A stretch of DNA of 64,000 bases from the NCBI GenBank assembly GCA_965661285.1, contig CBFIDD010000003.1:121467-185466 (forward strand), given 5' to 3'. A program made the position numbers and the translations under genes. Of this stretch, positions 1 through 10,225 are shown piece after piece. The number at the start of each line of letters is the position of its first letter. The stretch's first letter is position 1. The notes beneath the pieces were generated by a model, which saw nothing but the letters and a program-made list of their open reading frames with translations, did not search any database and was not told the DNA's origin. The DNA comes from Poseidonia sp. GTDB taxonomy: Archaea; Thermoplasmatota; Poseidoniia; Poseidoniales; Poseidoniaceae.

Positions 1-22
1 TCGTTAGGGCGCAGAGGAAGAA

Positions 23-640
23 TCACTTGTTCTTGAATCGCTTTAGACGGAAGGTTTCTTCACGTTCCATTTCTTCAAGTCGGAGTTGAATGAAGACCTT
101 GGCCTCCTCAAGTTCTGGAATCACCTTGAACTCGAGAGCGTTGACACGTCGCTTGGTCGCTTCAATTTCGGCCAGGAGACGCTTCAAAGTGGCTTCCATT
201 TCCGAGGCTTTGACGATCTTTTCAATGAGTTCGCTGAATGAGTCGCTCGCTTCGTCGATGTAGGGTGAAGATCCGATGAAACCGATGCCTCGCTCCGCAA
301 AGGTGGATTTCAGGTTGCTTCCGCTCACGCTTGGAACGACCACACCCATGATGTTGCGGCGCTCAACTTCGACCTCTGGGTGCGCTGAATTGGCGATGGC
401 TGCGGCACGAACGGCCAGACCACCTTCGATGGCGTTAGCCAAGTCAATTCGGGTCTTTGCCAGCCGATAGGCGGCGGTGAGGTCTCGCTTCGCTTCGATC
501 ATCTCAGAGAGCAAGGTGCGGAATTCGTGGAACAAGCCGTCCCGCTTCATCTTCAACAATTTGTACCCGTTCTTGGTCTGCTTGATGCGACCTTTCAATT
601 TGATGAGTTCGCTTCGGGTTGGTTTGATGTCCAATGCCAT
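23..640 (-). CDS. atpD: A/V-type ATP synthase subunit D
   Basis: KPTRSELIKLK...GYKLLKMKRDGL and TKRRVNALEFKVIP motifs; last gene of the atp operon; ATG at 640 preceded by GGAGGTGA. Confidence 0.96.
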   Translation of the reverse strand: MALDIKPTRSELIKLKGRIKQTKNGYKLLKMKRDGLFHEFRTLLSEMIEAKRDLTAAYRLAKTRIDLANAIEGGLAVRAAAIANSAHPEVEVERRNIMGVVVPSVSGSNLKSTFAERGIGFIGSSPYIDEASDSFSELIEKIVKASEMEATLKRLLAEIEATKRRVNALEFKVIPELEEAKVFIQLRLEEMEREETFRLKRFKNK

Positions 641-646
641 GCTCAC

Positions 647-654
647 TCACCTCC
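647..654 (-). promoter_or_regulatory. Shine-Dalgarno site (GGAGGTGA) of atpD
   Basis: + strand TCACCTCC, 6 nt upstream of the ATG at 640. Similar (G)AGGTGA sites precede several internal operon genes (e.g. those starting at 4140, 10214, 30402, 31725, 35609, 36584). Confidence 0.8.
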
Positions 655-674
655 TTGTTTCTCGGTCGCTCTGT

Positions 675-2060
675 TCAAGCTCGGTTTTCTGGGTGGTACT
701 TCTTGATGAGTTCTTCGTCAAGACGAACAAGGTACTTGGTGTCGATGCTGGCCATCAATTCCCAGCAGAGGTCAAGTGTTTCGTCAATGGTTCGGTCCTC
801 ATCGCGGGACTGGCGAAGGAACTTGTCCTCAAACACACCCGAGAAATCCAGCAGTTGCTTATCACGCTCGTTGAGGGCGTCTTCACCGACGATGGCCACC
901 AAACCACGGAGTTCACGTCCTTGGGCGTAAGCAGCGTACATTTGGTCGCTGACCTTCTTGTGGTCGTCTCGGGTCGTCTTCTCACCGATACAGGAACCCA
1001 TCAGTCGAGACAGGGATGGCAAGACGTTGATGGGCGGATAGATACCTTGCTGGTGAAGTTCACGGCTGATAACGATCTGACCTTCGGTGATGTATCCGGA
1101 AAGGTCGGGAATCGGGTGCGTGATGTCATCACCGGGCATGGTCAGAATCGGGAATTGGGTGATGGAACCTTTCTTCCCTTTCACGATACCTGCACGCTCG
1201 TAGAGCATGGCCAAGTCGGTGTACATGTATCCGGGATAACCACGTCGTCCAGGGACCTCTTCACGAGCAGCACCGATTTGGCGAAGTGCATCGCAATAGT
1301 TGGTCATGTCCGTGTAAATCACGAGAACGTGGTAGTCTTTCTCAAAGGCAAGATATTCTGCAGCGGTCAGTGCCAGACGTGGCGTAATGATACGCTCGAC
1401 GGCAGGGTCGTCAGCGAGGTTGACAAACAATACAGCGTTCTCAAGTGCACCCGTGCGCTCCAGGTCGGAACGGAAGAAGTTGTATTCTTCAGCGGTGATA
1501 CCCATGGCGCAGAACACCACGATGAACTCTTCATCCGAGTCCTTGAGTTTCGCCTGTCGGGCAATTTGCAGGGCGATGTCGTTGTGGGGCAGACCCGATG
1601 CGGAAAAGATCGGGAGTTTCTGTCCACGCACAAGCGTCGTACAGCAGTCGATGGCGGAGATACCCGTCTGGATAAAGTCGTGGGGCGACTGTCGGCTGTA
1701 CGGGTTGATGGCCGCACCGATGATGTCGGCCTTTTCCTCGGCGACGATTTCGGGACCGCCGTCTCGGGGTCGACCAGCACCGTCGAGGATGCGTCCGACG
1801 AGGTCAGTGCTCACGGGGAGTTTGAACACGTCGCCCATGAAGGTGACACCGGTTTCTCGGTTGATTTTGGCCGTGCCTTCAAACACCTGAACGATGACGA
1901 GGTCATCAGAGGTGTCAAGCACTTGTCCGTTCTTGATTTCACCGTTTGAGAGGCGAAGGGTAACAATTTCACCAAACGCAACGGGCTCGGTTTTGTTCAA
2001 AAAGACCAGCGGGCCTTTCACGTCGGTAATGGTTCGGTATTCTTTTCCAGTCATGTTCAT
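675..2060 (-). CDS. atpB: A/V-type ATP synthase subunit B
   Basis: [33 protein letters not shown] and [16 protein letters not shown] motifs. Confidence 0.98.
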   Translation of the reverse strand: MNMTGKEYRTITDVKGPLVFLNKTEPVAFGEIVTLRLSNGEIKNGQVLDTSDDLVIVQVFEGTAKINRETGVTFMGDVFKLPVSTDLVGRILDGAGRPRDGGPEIVAEEKADIIGAAINPYSRQSPHDFIQTGISAIDCCTTLVRGQKLPIFSASGLPHNDIALQIARQAKLKDSDEEFIVVFCAMGITAEEYNFFRSDLERTGALENAVLFVNLADDPAVERIITPRLALTAAEYLAFEKDYHVLVIYTDMTNYCDALRQIGAAREEVPGRRGYPGYMYTDLAMLYERAGIVKGKKGSITQFPILTMPGDDITHPIPDLSGYITEGQIVISRELHQQGIYPPINVLPSLSRLMGSCIGEKTTRDDHKKVSDQMYAAYAQGRELRGLVAIVGEDALNERDKQLLDFSGVFEDKFLRQSRDEDRTIDETLDLCWELMASIDTKYLVRLDEELIKKYHPENRA

Positions 2061-2067
2061 CCTCTCC

Positions 2068-3807
2068 TCAGTTGGCCTCCACAGCGTTGGCGATTTCTTC
2101 GTTCATCTGCTTGACCAAGTCTTCAATGCGGTCAATGTAGCCTGTTTCGAACCGACCACGCATCAGGTTTGAGCGGGCAGGAACGTTGACGACATCGTTG
2201 AGCAAGGCTCCGTTAGCCATGGCAGTCTTGGCGGCGTCTTGGAAGGACAGGATGGCCTTGGCCATTTCGTACTGCAATTTGATGTCGCAGTAGGCATCAA
2301 CGGGGTCAAAGCCGTTCTGCTGAAGGAAGAATTCTCGGATCATACGTGCGACTTCCAACGTCAACTGCTGGTCGACGGGCAGGGCGTCAGAACCGACCAG
2401 CTGGACGATTTCTTGCAGTTCGGCTTCAATTTGCAACAGACCGCTGATCTGCGTTCGAATTTCAGGGAAGTCCTGGGCGATGTTGTCTCGGAACCACTGG
2501 TCGAGGCTCTGTGGGTAGAGCGAATAGGAGTTCAGCCAGTTGATGGCAGGGAAGTGGCGTTGTCGAGCCAAACCGGCATCGAGGCCCCAGAACACCTTCA
2601 CGATACGGAGGGTACCTTGGGAAACCGGTTCGGAGATGTCACCACCGGGCGGCGACACAGCACCGATAACGGTGACGGACCCGTCTTCGCCGTTGAGCGT
2701 CTCAACACGTCCGGCTCGTTCGTAGAATTCTGCGATTCTGGACGAGAGGTAGGCTGGATAACCTTCCTCACCGGGCATTTCTTCCAAACGGGACGAAATT
2801 TCACGCATGGCTTCTGCCCAGCGAGAGGTTGAGTCGGCCATGAGGGCCACGTCGTAGCCCATGTCTCGGAAATACTCGGCGATGGTGATACCGGTGTACA
2901 CCGATGCCTCACGAGCAGCCACAGGCATGTTGGAGGTGTTGGCGATCATGACCGTTCGGTTCATGAGCGGCTTTCCGGTGTTGGGGTCGATCAAGTGAGG
3001 GAACTCATCCAACACTTCGGTCATCTCGTTGCCTCGCTCCCCGCAGCCGATGTAAACGACGAGTTGAGCGTCGGAGTACTTGGCCAGAGATTGCTGCGTG
3101 ACCGTCTTTCCGGACCCGAAGGGACCGGGAATACCGGCAGCACCGCCCTTGGCGAGCGGGAACAGGAAGTCGAGGATGCGCATGCCGGTGACCAGAGGCG
3201 TGTCTGGAGCGTACTTCTGCGTGAAGGGGCGAGGGGTTCGGACCGGCCACTTCTGCATCATCTGCAACTCGCTGCCGTCCTCAAGGACACAGACGGTTTG
3301 GGTCACGTTGAAGTCACCGGATTCGATGGACTTCACCTTGCCGCCTTTACCGGGCGGGACCATGATCTTGTGAACAATGGTCTCGGTTTCTTGGACGTGG
3401 CCGATGACTTGGCCGCTGACCACGTCATCGCCCTTGGCGACTTGTGGCTCAAACGTCCAGGTCTTCTCCATGTCAAAGGCATCAGCGTCGACACCACGGG
3501 TGATGAAGACACCCATGACTTCCTCAAGGGTGGCAAGAGGACGCTGGATACCGTCGTAAATTTGTGTCAGGAGACCGGGTCCGAGAGAAACCGAGAGGGT
3601 CTCTTCGGTGTTCAACACGGGCTCACCGGGGCGAATACCCGAGGTGTCTTCGTACACCTGAATGACGGCTTTTTCACCGTGCAGCTCAATCACTTCGCCC
3701 ATCAAACCTTCATGTCCGACACGCACAACGTCATACATTGCGGCGTTCATGCCTGTAGCGGTTACGACAGGTCCCGAAATTCGGTAAATCACTCCTTCAT
3801 TGCTCAT
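2068..3807 (-). CDS. atpA: A/V-type ATP synthase catalytic subunit A
   Basis: Walker [41 protein letters not shown]; no intein. Confidence 0.98.
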   Translation of the reverse strand: MSNEGVIYRISGPVVTATGMNAAMYDVVRVGHEGLMGEVIELHGEKAVIQVYEDTSGIRPGEPVLNTEETLSVSLGPGLLTQIYDGIQRPLATLEEVMGVFITRGVDADAFDMEKTWTFEPQVAKGDDVVSGQVIGHVQETETIVHKIMVPPGKGGKVKSIESGDFNVTQTVCVLEDGSELQMMQKWPVRTPRPFTQKYAPDTPLVTGMRILDFLFPLAKGGAAGIPGPFGSGKTVTQQSLAKYSDAQLVVYIGCGERGNEMTEVLDEFPHLIDPNTGKPLMNRTVMIANTSNMPVAAREASVYTGITIAEYFRDMGYDVALMADSTSRWAEAMREISSRLEEMPGEEGYPAYLSSRIAEFYERAGRVETLNGEDGSVTVIGAVSPPGGDISEPVSQGTLRIVKVFWGLDAGLARQRHFPAINWLNSYSLYPQSLDQWFRDNIAQDFPEIRTQISGLLQIEAELQEIVQLVGSDALPVDQQLTLEVARMIREFFLQQNGFDPVDAYCDIKLQYEMAKAILSFQDAAKTAMANGALLNDVVNVPARSNLMRGRFETGYIDRIEDLVKQMNEEIANAVEAN

Positions 3808-3837
3808 TTTTTCTTCCTCCTGTTTTTGGTTGGAACA

Positions 3838-4140
3838 TCATTTCCAAAGATCGACTCCTATGGCCTTGCGAATGGTATCCCGCAAGGTGGTGTCTTCCTC
3901 CGTACCGATACCGAGAACGGTTGGGGAGACGGATGCCGACAACTGGTCTTTCAACCGGTCGGGCAACGTGGCCATCACAGCGGAGTCGACCACCATGATA
4001 CCAACGGATTTGTTGTTGAGTAGGGAGCGAAGCGTGGAATGCAATTCCTCGTCGCCATCTGGATTGTAGAGACTTGACAGCCCAGCGAGCTGGAAGCCAA
4101 GGGTGAACGCAGGAGAGCCGACAATTGCAATCTCCATCAT
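3838..4140 (-). CDS. atpF: A/V-type ATP synthase subunit F
   Basis: IAIVG...LGFQLAG N-terminus and IRKAIGVDL C-terminus; about 100 aa; operon position. Confidence 0.93.
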   Translation of the reverse strand: MMEIAIVGSPAFTLGFQLAGLSSLYNPDGDEELHSTLRSLLNNKSVGIMVVDSAVMATLPDRLKDQLSASVSPTVLGIGTEEDTTLRDTIRKAIGVDLWK

Positions 4141-4148
4141 AAATCACC

Positions 4149-5189
4149 TCAGAGTAAGTGCGCCTCAAGCACGGCAGCGGACAAGCCTGCGAGGCGTCCG
4201 CGAACGATCAAACGAAGGTCAGAGACCTCCTGCACCTTCATCGCGATGTAGTAGATGATGGGAAGTGCAGATACGGGATGGAGGTAGCTCATCCGTTGCA
4301 TCATGCTGTGCTCACGTGCATTCATCCAGGTGACAACCGAGTCAAGACTGCGAGAAGTTTCGGCTTCTTCCAAGACCGTTTCAAAGGATGCAAAATCGAA
4401 CTTGTTGGCGCTGCGCAGCAAATCCAACATGGCGTTTCGCCCTCCGGTCGCAATCGCTGAAAAGGCACGCTTGGGAACGAGTCGCCCTCCTGGAATGAGG
4501 AGCGACACGAGCCGTTCGTTATCGATGCCCACCGCACTCGCCTCTAGGATGTTGACGATGTTTTTGTGGTCGACTTCCGCAGCAAAGAGTTGGCGAAGGA
4601 AACGAGCAGGAGCTCCTTTGGCTTGGCCAAGTGCCTTGAGTGAGGCGGCGTAGTAGTGCCGGTCAAGGGAATCCTCATAGTCGGCAAGAGAACCGTCTTC
4701 CGGGACCTTTGCGAGGGACGAACCGAACGCCTTCCGGCGCATGAGGTTCGCTGCAGTCTTCATGTCATCACTCGTCTCGACAACCTTTAGCCACGGCGTG
4801 TTCACATCGTTAATCTCTGGAAGAATGCTGTTTCCAACCTCTTCCACCGAGACCTCGTTGTGAATCGCCCGAAACACCGCTTTGGCGTTTTGATACTCAA
4901 ATCGAGACGTGTAAATTTCAATCAGCGGTCGAATGGACTTGTTGGTCATGTTGACCAGTTTCGTCAATTCGGACTCCAAGTTGTGGGTAAGGGCTGCTTC
5001 AACGAGGTCTCCACCCGTCAGTTTTCCTGCGTAGAGGTCAATCTCTGTGCGGTAGCCAAGGTCAGCGACAGCGACCGTGAGTTGGTCCACGGATTGATTG
5101 ATCAGTTGACGTAGTCGCGCTCGGTCTGCCAACTTCTGTCGTCGTGCCTTGGCACGTGAGACGACATAAGGGGTGTTTCCGAGCATCAT
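4149..5189 (-). CDS. atpC: A/V-type ATP synthase subunit C
   Basis: YVVSRAKARR, VEAALTHNL, DRHYY, EVDHKNI and EVSDLRLIVRG features; lies between E and F. Start placed at the ATGATG at 5189. Confidence 0.88.
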   Translation of the reverse strand: MMLGNTPYVVSRAKARRQKLADRARLRQLINQSVDQLTVAVADLGYRTEIDLYAGKLTGGDLVEAALTHNLESELTKLVNMTNKSIRPLIEIYTSRFEYQNAKAVFRAIHNEVSVEEVGNSILPEINDVNTPWLKVVETSDDMKTAANLMRRKAFGSSLAKVPEDGSLADYEDSLDRHYYAASLKALGQAKGAPARFLRQLFAAEVDHKNIVNILEASAVGIDNERLVSLLIPGGRLVPKRAFSAIATGGRNAMLDLLRSANKFDFASFETVLEEAETSRSLDSVVTWMNAREHSMMQRMSYLHPVSALPIIYYIAMKVQEVSDLRLIVRGRLAGLSAAVLEAHLL

Positions 5190-5202
5190 TCTATCGCCTT
5201 CC

Positions 5203-5766
5203 TCATCCAAACAGGGTTTCGTTCACGGCAGCGAGTTGGTCAGACCAAGCACGCTCAAGCATGTTGTCAAATCGCATGTCAAAGGAAACAGAGCCGTCGG
5301 CGGCTTCCAAAACAAAGCCACCAAGACCTTCCACACTCTCGCCGACTTTACGCTCACCGGCCTCTTTCGAGATGGCGGCGCGGTCAACTTCGACGGGCAG
5401 AATCACAAATTTGCCTTTGCCCAGTTTCTTTGACGCTGCAAGCATGGTCTTCAGAAGGGCGGCTCGTCCTTTCATGCCGGGGTCGGCGATGTGGTTTCGG
5501 GCCGTTTCGTAGGTCGCATCGAGCACCTTGCGGCGAGCGATCAACACGTCTTTTTGATTGGACTGTCGGGCGCTGGCCACGGTTTCTCGTGCGATTTGTG
5601 CTGCTTCTTTTTCAGCACGCTGCTGGGCCTCGTCGCGCATGGCGTTCACCTTTGCTTCGGCTTCAGCAATCAGTTGCTTGGCTTCTGCCTTGGCCTCGGC
5701 AATCAGCGCCTTGGCGTCGCTTTCAGCAGCAGCGGCAATGTCGTTGGCAAGTGTTTCTAGGGTCAT
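5203..5766 (-). CDS. atpE: A/V-type ATP synthase subunit E
   Basis: Ala/Glu-rich N-terminal helix (MTLETLANDI...), GGFVLE...DMRFD..L...LFG C-terminus. Start trimmed to 5766 to avoid overlap with atpK. Confidence 0.9.
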   Translation of the reverse strand: MTLETLANDIAAAAESDAKALIAEAKAEAKQLIAEAEAKVNAMRDEAQQRAEKEAAQIARETVASARQSNQKDVLIARRKVLDATYETARNHIADPGMKGRAALLKTMLAASKKLGKGKFVILPVEVDRAAISKEAGERKVGESVEGLGGFVLEAADGSVSFDMRFDNMLERAWSDQLAAVNETLFG

Positions 5767-5827
5767 GGTATCGTCTCCTTGGTTCAAATCGATGTGGGCG
5801 GGGCCCACACGGGTCAACCGTTCTTCC

Positions 5828-6142
5828 TCACTGGAGGAAAAGCGGAAGCGCACCGAGAATCACAATGGATTCTGGGAGAGCGGTAAAGATGAGACCGTAT
5901 CCGAATTTGCTACCGTCTTCAGCGATCATGCCGATGGCAGCGCTGCCGATGGCGGCTTGGGAGAAACCTGCACCGATGGCGGCAAGGCCAAGGGCAAGTC
6001 CGACACCAACGTCGCCGGTCATTCCGTCAGTGGCACCGGAGTCCGTCGTGTCTTCTGCCGCAGCGACACCTTGGGCGACCAAGGCGACGGTGAGCAGAAC
6101 GATCAGGGTGCGCAGGCTTGTTTTCAGGGTATTCTTGTTCAT
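5828..6142 (-). CDS. atpK: A-type ATP synthase proteolipid subunit c/K with N-terminal leader
   Basis: GLAAIGAGFSQAAIGSAAIG...ALPESIVILG single hairpin with the ion-binding Glu; preceded by a signal-peptide-like segment. Confidence 0.95.
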   Translation of the reverse strand: MNKNTLKTSLRTLIVLLTVALVAQGVAAAEDTTDSGATDGMTGDVGVGLALGLAAIGAGFSQAAIGSAAIGMIAEDGSKFGYGLIFTALPESIVILGALPLFLQ

Positions 6143-6172
6143 TTTTCTACCTCCAGTTTGTTGTCCGTGGGA

Positions 6173-8215
6173 CTATGCTTGCCCCTCCGTATGGAGGGTG
6201 CGACCGCCAATCGGTGTAAAAACCCGACCGGAGCCGTCGTAGAACTTGCCCATCCATTCCACGAAGTGGAGACGGGCAGCGTGGATGCTCGGCGAGAGCA
6301 ATCCAAGAGCGAGAGCAAAGGCTTGAATGAAGACGAAGAGAACCAGACCGAGGACGATGGAGACGACGCCGCCACCGGACCACATCAGGTCCCATCCCAT
6401 TGAAATTGAAACTTCTGCGATTTTCACGCCGGCCACACCGACGCCCATCACACGGAGGTAGGAGAGCGTGTTGGCGAGGAGGCCGAAGGTCTCGATGGGA
6501 CCCATGATGATGCCGCCCGCCCAGCCGAACTTCTCGTAAATGGCCAGACCGATGATGAGGCAGCCAACGCCAAGGAGCATGGCTGCAGCGTACGGCGTTA
6601 ATTCAAGCACACTCTGGTCGGAGGTGAGGAAGCCATAGATGTGGAGGGTGCCAGCCACGAGGATGATCATCCAGCTGCCTTTTTCGAAGAAAGCGGCCAA
6701 GAAACCGTGGGCACGAGCCACGTTGATGAAGCCGAGAATGAAGCCGAACATCAGGTGAGCGATGCCCAAGTACACCGAGAGCAAAACGTACTCCGTAATG
6801 GAGCTCGTTGCTCGGTGGAACGGAATGTGCGTGTAGTCCATTCGCAGCGTATCGGTGATGAACGCAGGGAAGTGGATGTTGTTGTATGTCCAGTCATAAA
6901 ATGCTGCGAGAGGCGATGCGTCTCCCATCTGTCCGGTGTTGTCCCATACGAAACCAAAGCCTTCTGCAAACAAAAAGCCCCAAATCATGCACCAAATGCC
7001 CATCCACTTGAGGATGGTGACGCCGTTTTTGGCCACGGGGTCGGCTGCGAACGGAAGCGTGCCCATCCACGTACCCAAGAGGAAGATAAGGAAACCATAG
7101 CCGAAGTCACCCAGTATGAGTCCGTAGATCATGGGGAAGGTCATCATCAAGAAGAAGGTCGGGTCGAACGTCCCGTAGGCAGGGCGGCCGACCAAGCCGA
7201 CAAGGAGCTCGAACGGCCGGGAGACGGTTCCGTTTTCCAAGGCGACGGGAGGCGTTGGCTCATCGTGGTGGTCATCGTGGTCGTCGTGATGGTGATGGTC
7301 GTCCACAAAGGTTTCAATTTCGATGTGCGAAGCCTTAGACTTCAGCGCTGATCGGACGCTCTCAGCCTTGCTGGACGGCACCCAAGCATCAAGCGCAAAG
7401 GCTTGGCCAGAGACCGCAAGTTGGGTCGGTGCCGTGTGAATCTCGTCTTCTTTTGTGAGGTATTCGTGGATGGCCAGGATGTTTCGCCCGTTGTTGCGAG
7501 CCCATCGTTGAGCGTCCTCGGACGCCGAGAACATGGTGCCTTCGACCTTGCTTCGCTTCGCCAGGAGGGATTTGAGTGCTTCATCGGGCGTTCCCCCCAT
7601 GTTCGGGATTTGAACGGGCTTTCCACCGAGTTCGCCCAGAGCCATCTGAACTTCAGCGCCGTCCGATGGCAGGCAGGCAACAGCAACAATACCTGGCGCT
7701 GCAGCGAGTTCGACATTCTGTGCGAGCGACCCGAACACCGTGCGGGCCTTGCTGGACTTCTTGGTCTCGGCCACGTAGACTTCAACACGGCTCGAGCCTG
7801 CGAGGAGGTCGAGGTCCATGTTGAGAGGAGCAAGGCGGCGCAGCAAGTGAATTTGCTCGTCAAGAACGGCCAATTCAGCTTCGGAATCTCGGTGCGTGTC
7901 GAGGAGGTCGAGCCCCTTTTGGAGTTCATCGGCGAAGGAGCCCTCGAGCAGTTCCTTGACACGGCGAAGAGGAACGGGGCCATCGGTGTTCACGGGATTG
8001 AAGGCCGAAATGGCTGCTCGAACCTTGGCCAGCAAGGAACTGATGCGGTTGGCCTCCTCGGAGGTGCTCGCATGGCCGACATTGACGCCGTCTTCGAAGT
8101 TGGTGTAGGACTCGATGTGGACGCATCCCAACTCGGTGCAGGTCCGAAGCACGTCCGCCATACGGTCAACAGGTGCTGCGACCGTAAGACGAGACATGGC
8201 GACCGTGTCAAACAT
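6173..8215 (-). CDS. atpI: A/V-type ATP synthase subunit I (a)
   Basis: PAYGTFDPT, GDFGYG, NTLSYLRV and IHAARLHFVEWMGKFYDG motifs; soluble N-terminal half and hydrophobic C-terminal half. Confidence 0.96.
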   Translation of the reverse strand: MFDTVAMSRLTVAAPVDRMADVLRTCTELGCVHIESYTNFEDGVNVGHASTSEEANRISSLLAKVRAAISAFNPVNTDGPVPLRRVKELLEGSFADELQKGLDLLDTHRDSEAELAVLDEQIHLLRRLAPLNMDLDLLAGSSRVEVYVAETKKSSKARTVFGSLAQNVELAAAPGIVAVACLPSDGAEVQMALGELGGKPVQIPNMGGTPDEALKSLLAKRSKVEGTMFSASEDAQRWARNNGRNILAIHEYLTKEDEIHTAPTQLAVSGQAFALDAWVPSSKAESVRSALKSKASHIEIETFVDDHHHHDDHDDHHDEPTPPVALENGTVSRPFELLVGLVGRPAYGTFDPTFFLMMTFPMIYGLILGDFGYGFLIFLLGTWMGTLPFAADPVAKNGVTILKWMGIWCMIWGFLFAEGFGFVWDNTGQMGDASPLAAFYDWTYNNIHFPAFITDTLRMDYTHIPFHRATSSITEYVLLSVYLGIAHLMFGFILGFINVARAHGFLAAFFEKGSWMIILVAGTLHIYGFLTSDQSVLELTPYAAAMLLGVGCLIIGLAIYEKFGWAGGIIMGPIETFGLLANTLSYLRVMGVGVAGVKIAEVSISMGWDLMWSGGGVVSIVLGLVLFVFIQAFALALGLLSPSIHAARLHFVEWMGKFYDGSGRVFTPIGGRTLHTEGQA

Positions 8216-8224
8216 GGTATCGCC

Positions 8225-8542
8225 TCATTGGGATGAAAGTGCGTCGATGACGAGTTGGACAGCGGCGTCCTGGTTGCTGGCGGAGTTGGATTCAATGCTG
8301 CTCACATCTCCAGCCCCTTTGGCTTTGACTTGGTCGGCTTCCCCTTGGGCATTGGCCCGGGCATCATCAAGGATTTTCTGCGTCATGGCGACGGTTTCAT
8401 CAGCTGCGTCTTGAACCATTTCAGAGGCCTTTCGACGGGCGTCTGCCAAGATTTTCGAGGCTTCTTCTTGGGCTTCGGAAAGACGCTTTTCTGCGTCTCG
8501 TTCCGCTGTTTTGATGCTTCGAAGGACCTCAGACATACCCAT
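8225..8542 (-). CDS. atpH: A-type ATP synthase subunit H (peripheral stalk)
   Basis: EVLRSIKTAERDAE...ARRKA helical pattern, about 105 aa, first gene before atpI. Start could be 8542 or 8536. Confidence 0.88.
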   Translation of the reverse strand: MGMSEVLRSIKTAERDAEKRLSEAQEEASKILADARRKASEMVQDAADETVAMTQKILDDARANAQGEADQVKAKGAGDVSSIESNSASNQDAAVQLVIDALSSQ

Positions 8543-8578
8543 GAAGAACACCTAGTGATTTTCGCACTGGAAGGGGGT

Positions 8579-9388
8579 TTAAGAGTCTAACGGGATGCTT
8601 GCTTGGGCTTCCTTTTCGGGCTTGGTGCCACGGAAGCGACTGGCCATGCCAAAAGGATACAGAAGACGCCCTTGCACGTTTTGAAATCCAACGTTTTTCA
8701 TCATGGCACGGTAGTATCCGTTGGTCCCGTAATGTGTGTAACTGCGGGCGAGTCCTTTCCAGGGGTGATCTTTCTCGCCGGTGATGATACGGGCCAAGAC
8801 TTGAACCACGCTGTTCATCCAGAGGTAGCCGAAGAAACCGTGCAATTTGTTGGCCTTTCCAGCGTCGCAAATGACCAAGCGCCCGCCAGGTTTCAACACC
8901 CGATAAATCTCACGAAGACCTTGTTCTTTGTCTTTGAAGTCGCGGAACGAGAACAGACAAAACACCATGTCGAAGGCATCATCTGGCAGAGGAATATCTT
9001 CAGCGATGGCTTCGACATAGGTCGCAGGACCCTCACCCCGCTTGGCGCGGGCACCGTCAACCCGAGGCTGAGCCGTTGCCAGCATCTCTGGCGATGGGTC
9101 GAGACATGTCAACTCCATACCGACCAAATCCTCTGCGAAGGAACCTGGACCGCAGCCGACCTCGAGGACCTTCATTCCGGGTTTGGCGTGGTTTCTGATG
9201 TTCCTTCTCCAGCGCTTATCCTGTCCGAACGTCATCCATTTGTTGACGCGGTCGTAGTTGGGGATGGTCGCCTCAAGTTGTCCCTCGAGTTCCTCCCATG
9301 CATCAGCGTCAATGCCGGACGGGTCGTATCCTCCGGTGGCAGCGCGCTTCCCCATGGAGGGTTGCGCACGCCCGACCGTTTTGGACAT
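8579..9388 (-). CDS. UbiE/MenG-like class I SAM-dependent methyltransferase
   Basis: YDRVNKWMTFGQDKRWRR, VLEVGCGPG, EDIPLPDDAFD and REIYRVLKPGG motifs. Start codon uncertain. Confidence 0.85.
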   Translation of the reverse strand: MSKTVGRAQPSMGKRAATGGYDPSGIDADAWEELEGQLEATIPNYDRVNKWMTFGQDKRWRRNIRNHAKPGMKVLEVGCGPGSFAEDLVGMELTCLDPSPEMLATAQPRVDGARAKRGEGPATYVEAIAEDIPLPDDAFDMVFCLFSFRDFKDKEQGLREIYRVLKPGGRLVICDAGKANKLHGFFGYLWMNSVVQVLARIITGEKDHPWKGLARSYTHYGTNGYYRAMMKNVGFQNVQGRLLYPFGMASRFRGTKPEKEAQASIPLDS

Positions 9389-9410
9389 GTCGTTTGCGCC
9401 ACAGCGCACA

Positions 9411-10214
9411 TCAAGCGATACGTTCCACGGTTTCTGGCGTAATGCCTTCTTCGGGTGTAACACGGAAGACGAGGATCTTCAGATTCTCCGGAGCGTTGCG
9501 GAATTTTGAGACGATCATTGAGTTCTCAAAGTCCGTACCGATGGTTCGAACCTTGAACGAGAGCACCATGTCGGCGATGGAGGACAATTCTTGTTTCACG
9601 ACCGGGTCAAGACCGTCGGTCGAAACCGAGATCATCAACAGACCTCGCACCATTTGGGCGTGTGCTTGAAGCATACGGACCATGGAGATGACCCGAGCAG
9701 GGTCCTCACGCTGGAGAAAGAAATCGAGGTTGTCAACGACAGCCCGGAAGTATGGGCCAAGGCCCATGATTTCGTTGGTGACTTCGGTCAGGTAATCCTG
9801 GCTGCTGTCATCCACAAATCGGGTCTGCGCCAATCGTTGAATGTCGGCAAGTTGGAATCCCTCAAGGCGATACCTGCTTGCAAGAAGATCACGCTCCAAA
9901 ACGTTCGCATTGTATTCCTCGCCGATGGTTCGGACATTGATATCAAGCGGCCAGCCGTATTTCTTGAAGATTCGAATAATCTCCTGCTGCCCTTCGTCGG
10001 TCGCGATGTAGAGCGTGTTTTCGGGCTCCTCGGCCGGCGAGGTGAATTGTTTGGCGAACAGCTCGCTGCCCGAACCTGTTTCGGTGAAGGCGATCATCGT
10101 GAAACCACGAGGGACACCGCCGCGCATTTCGTTGTCGAACTTCGGAACACCAAACGAGCCAACGCTGCCAAAAAACTCCTCGTCCTCTGGGTCAAATGTC
10201 ATCTTTCTTGCCAT
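9411..10214 (-). CDS. KaiC/RAD55-like RecA-fold protein with degenerate Walker A
   Basis: FGVPKFDNEMRGGVPRG N-terminus; Walker A reads ETGSGSE (no Lys); RAVVDNL Walker B; IADMVL...VSKFRNAP C-terminal KaiC-like motif. Confidence 0.8.
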   Translation of the reverse strand: MARKMTFDPEDEEFFGSVGSFGVPKFDNEMRGGVPRGFTMIAFTETGSGSELFAKQFTSPAEEPENTLYIATDEGQQEIIRIFKKYGWPLDINVRTIGEEYNANVLERDLLASRYRLEGFQLADIQRLAQTRFVDDSSQDYLTEVTNEIMGLGPYFRAVVDNLDFFLQREDPARVISMVRMLQAHAQMVRGLLMISVSTDGLDPVVKQELSSIADMVLSFKVRTIGTDFENSMIVSKFRNAPENLKILVFRVTPEEGITPETVERIA

Positions 10215-10225
10215 GCATCATCACC

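Noticed and set aside
3095-3130. Intein in AtpA at the P-loop, a known insertion site in some archaea
   Set aside because: [12 protein letters not shown] is contiguous and the protein has normal length (579 aa).
477-4023. Long plus-strand ORFs (477-1949, 2239-2832, 2995-4023)
   Set aside because: Antisense shadows of atpB/atpA, with no motifs of their own; expected from codon bias.
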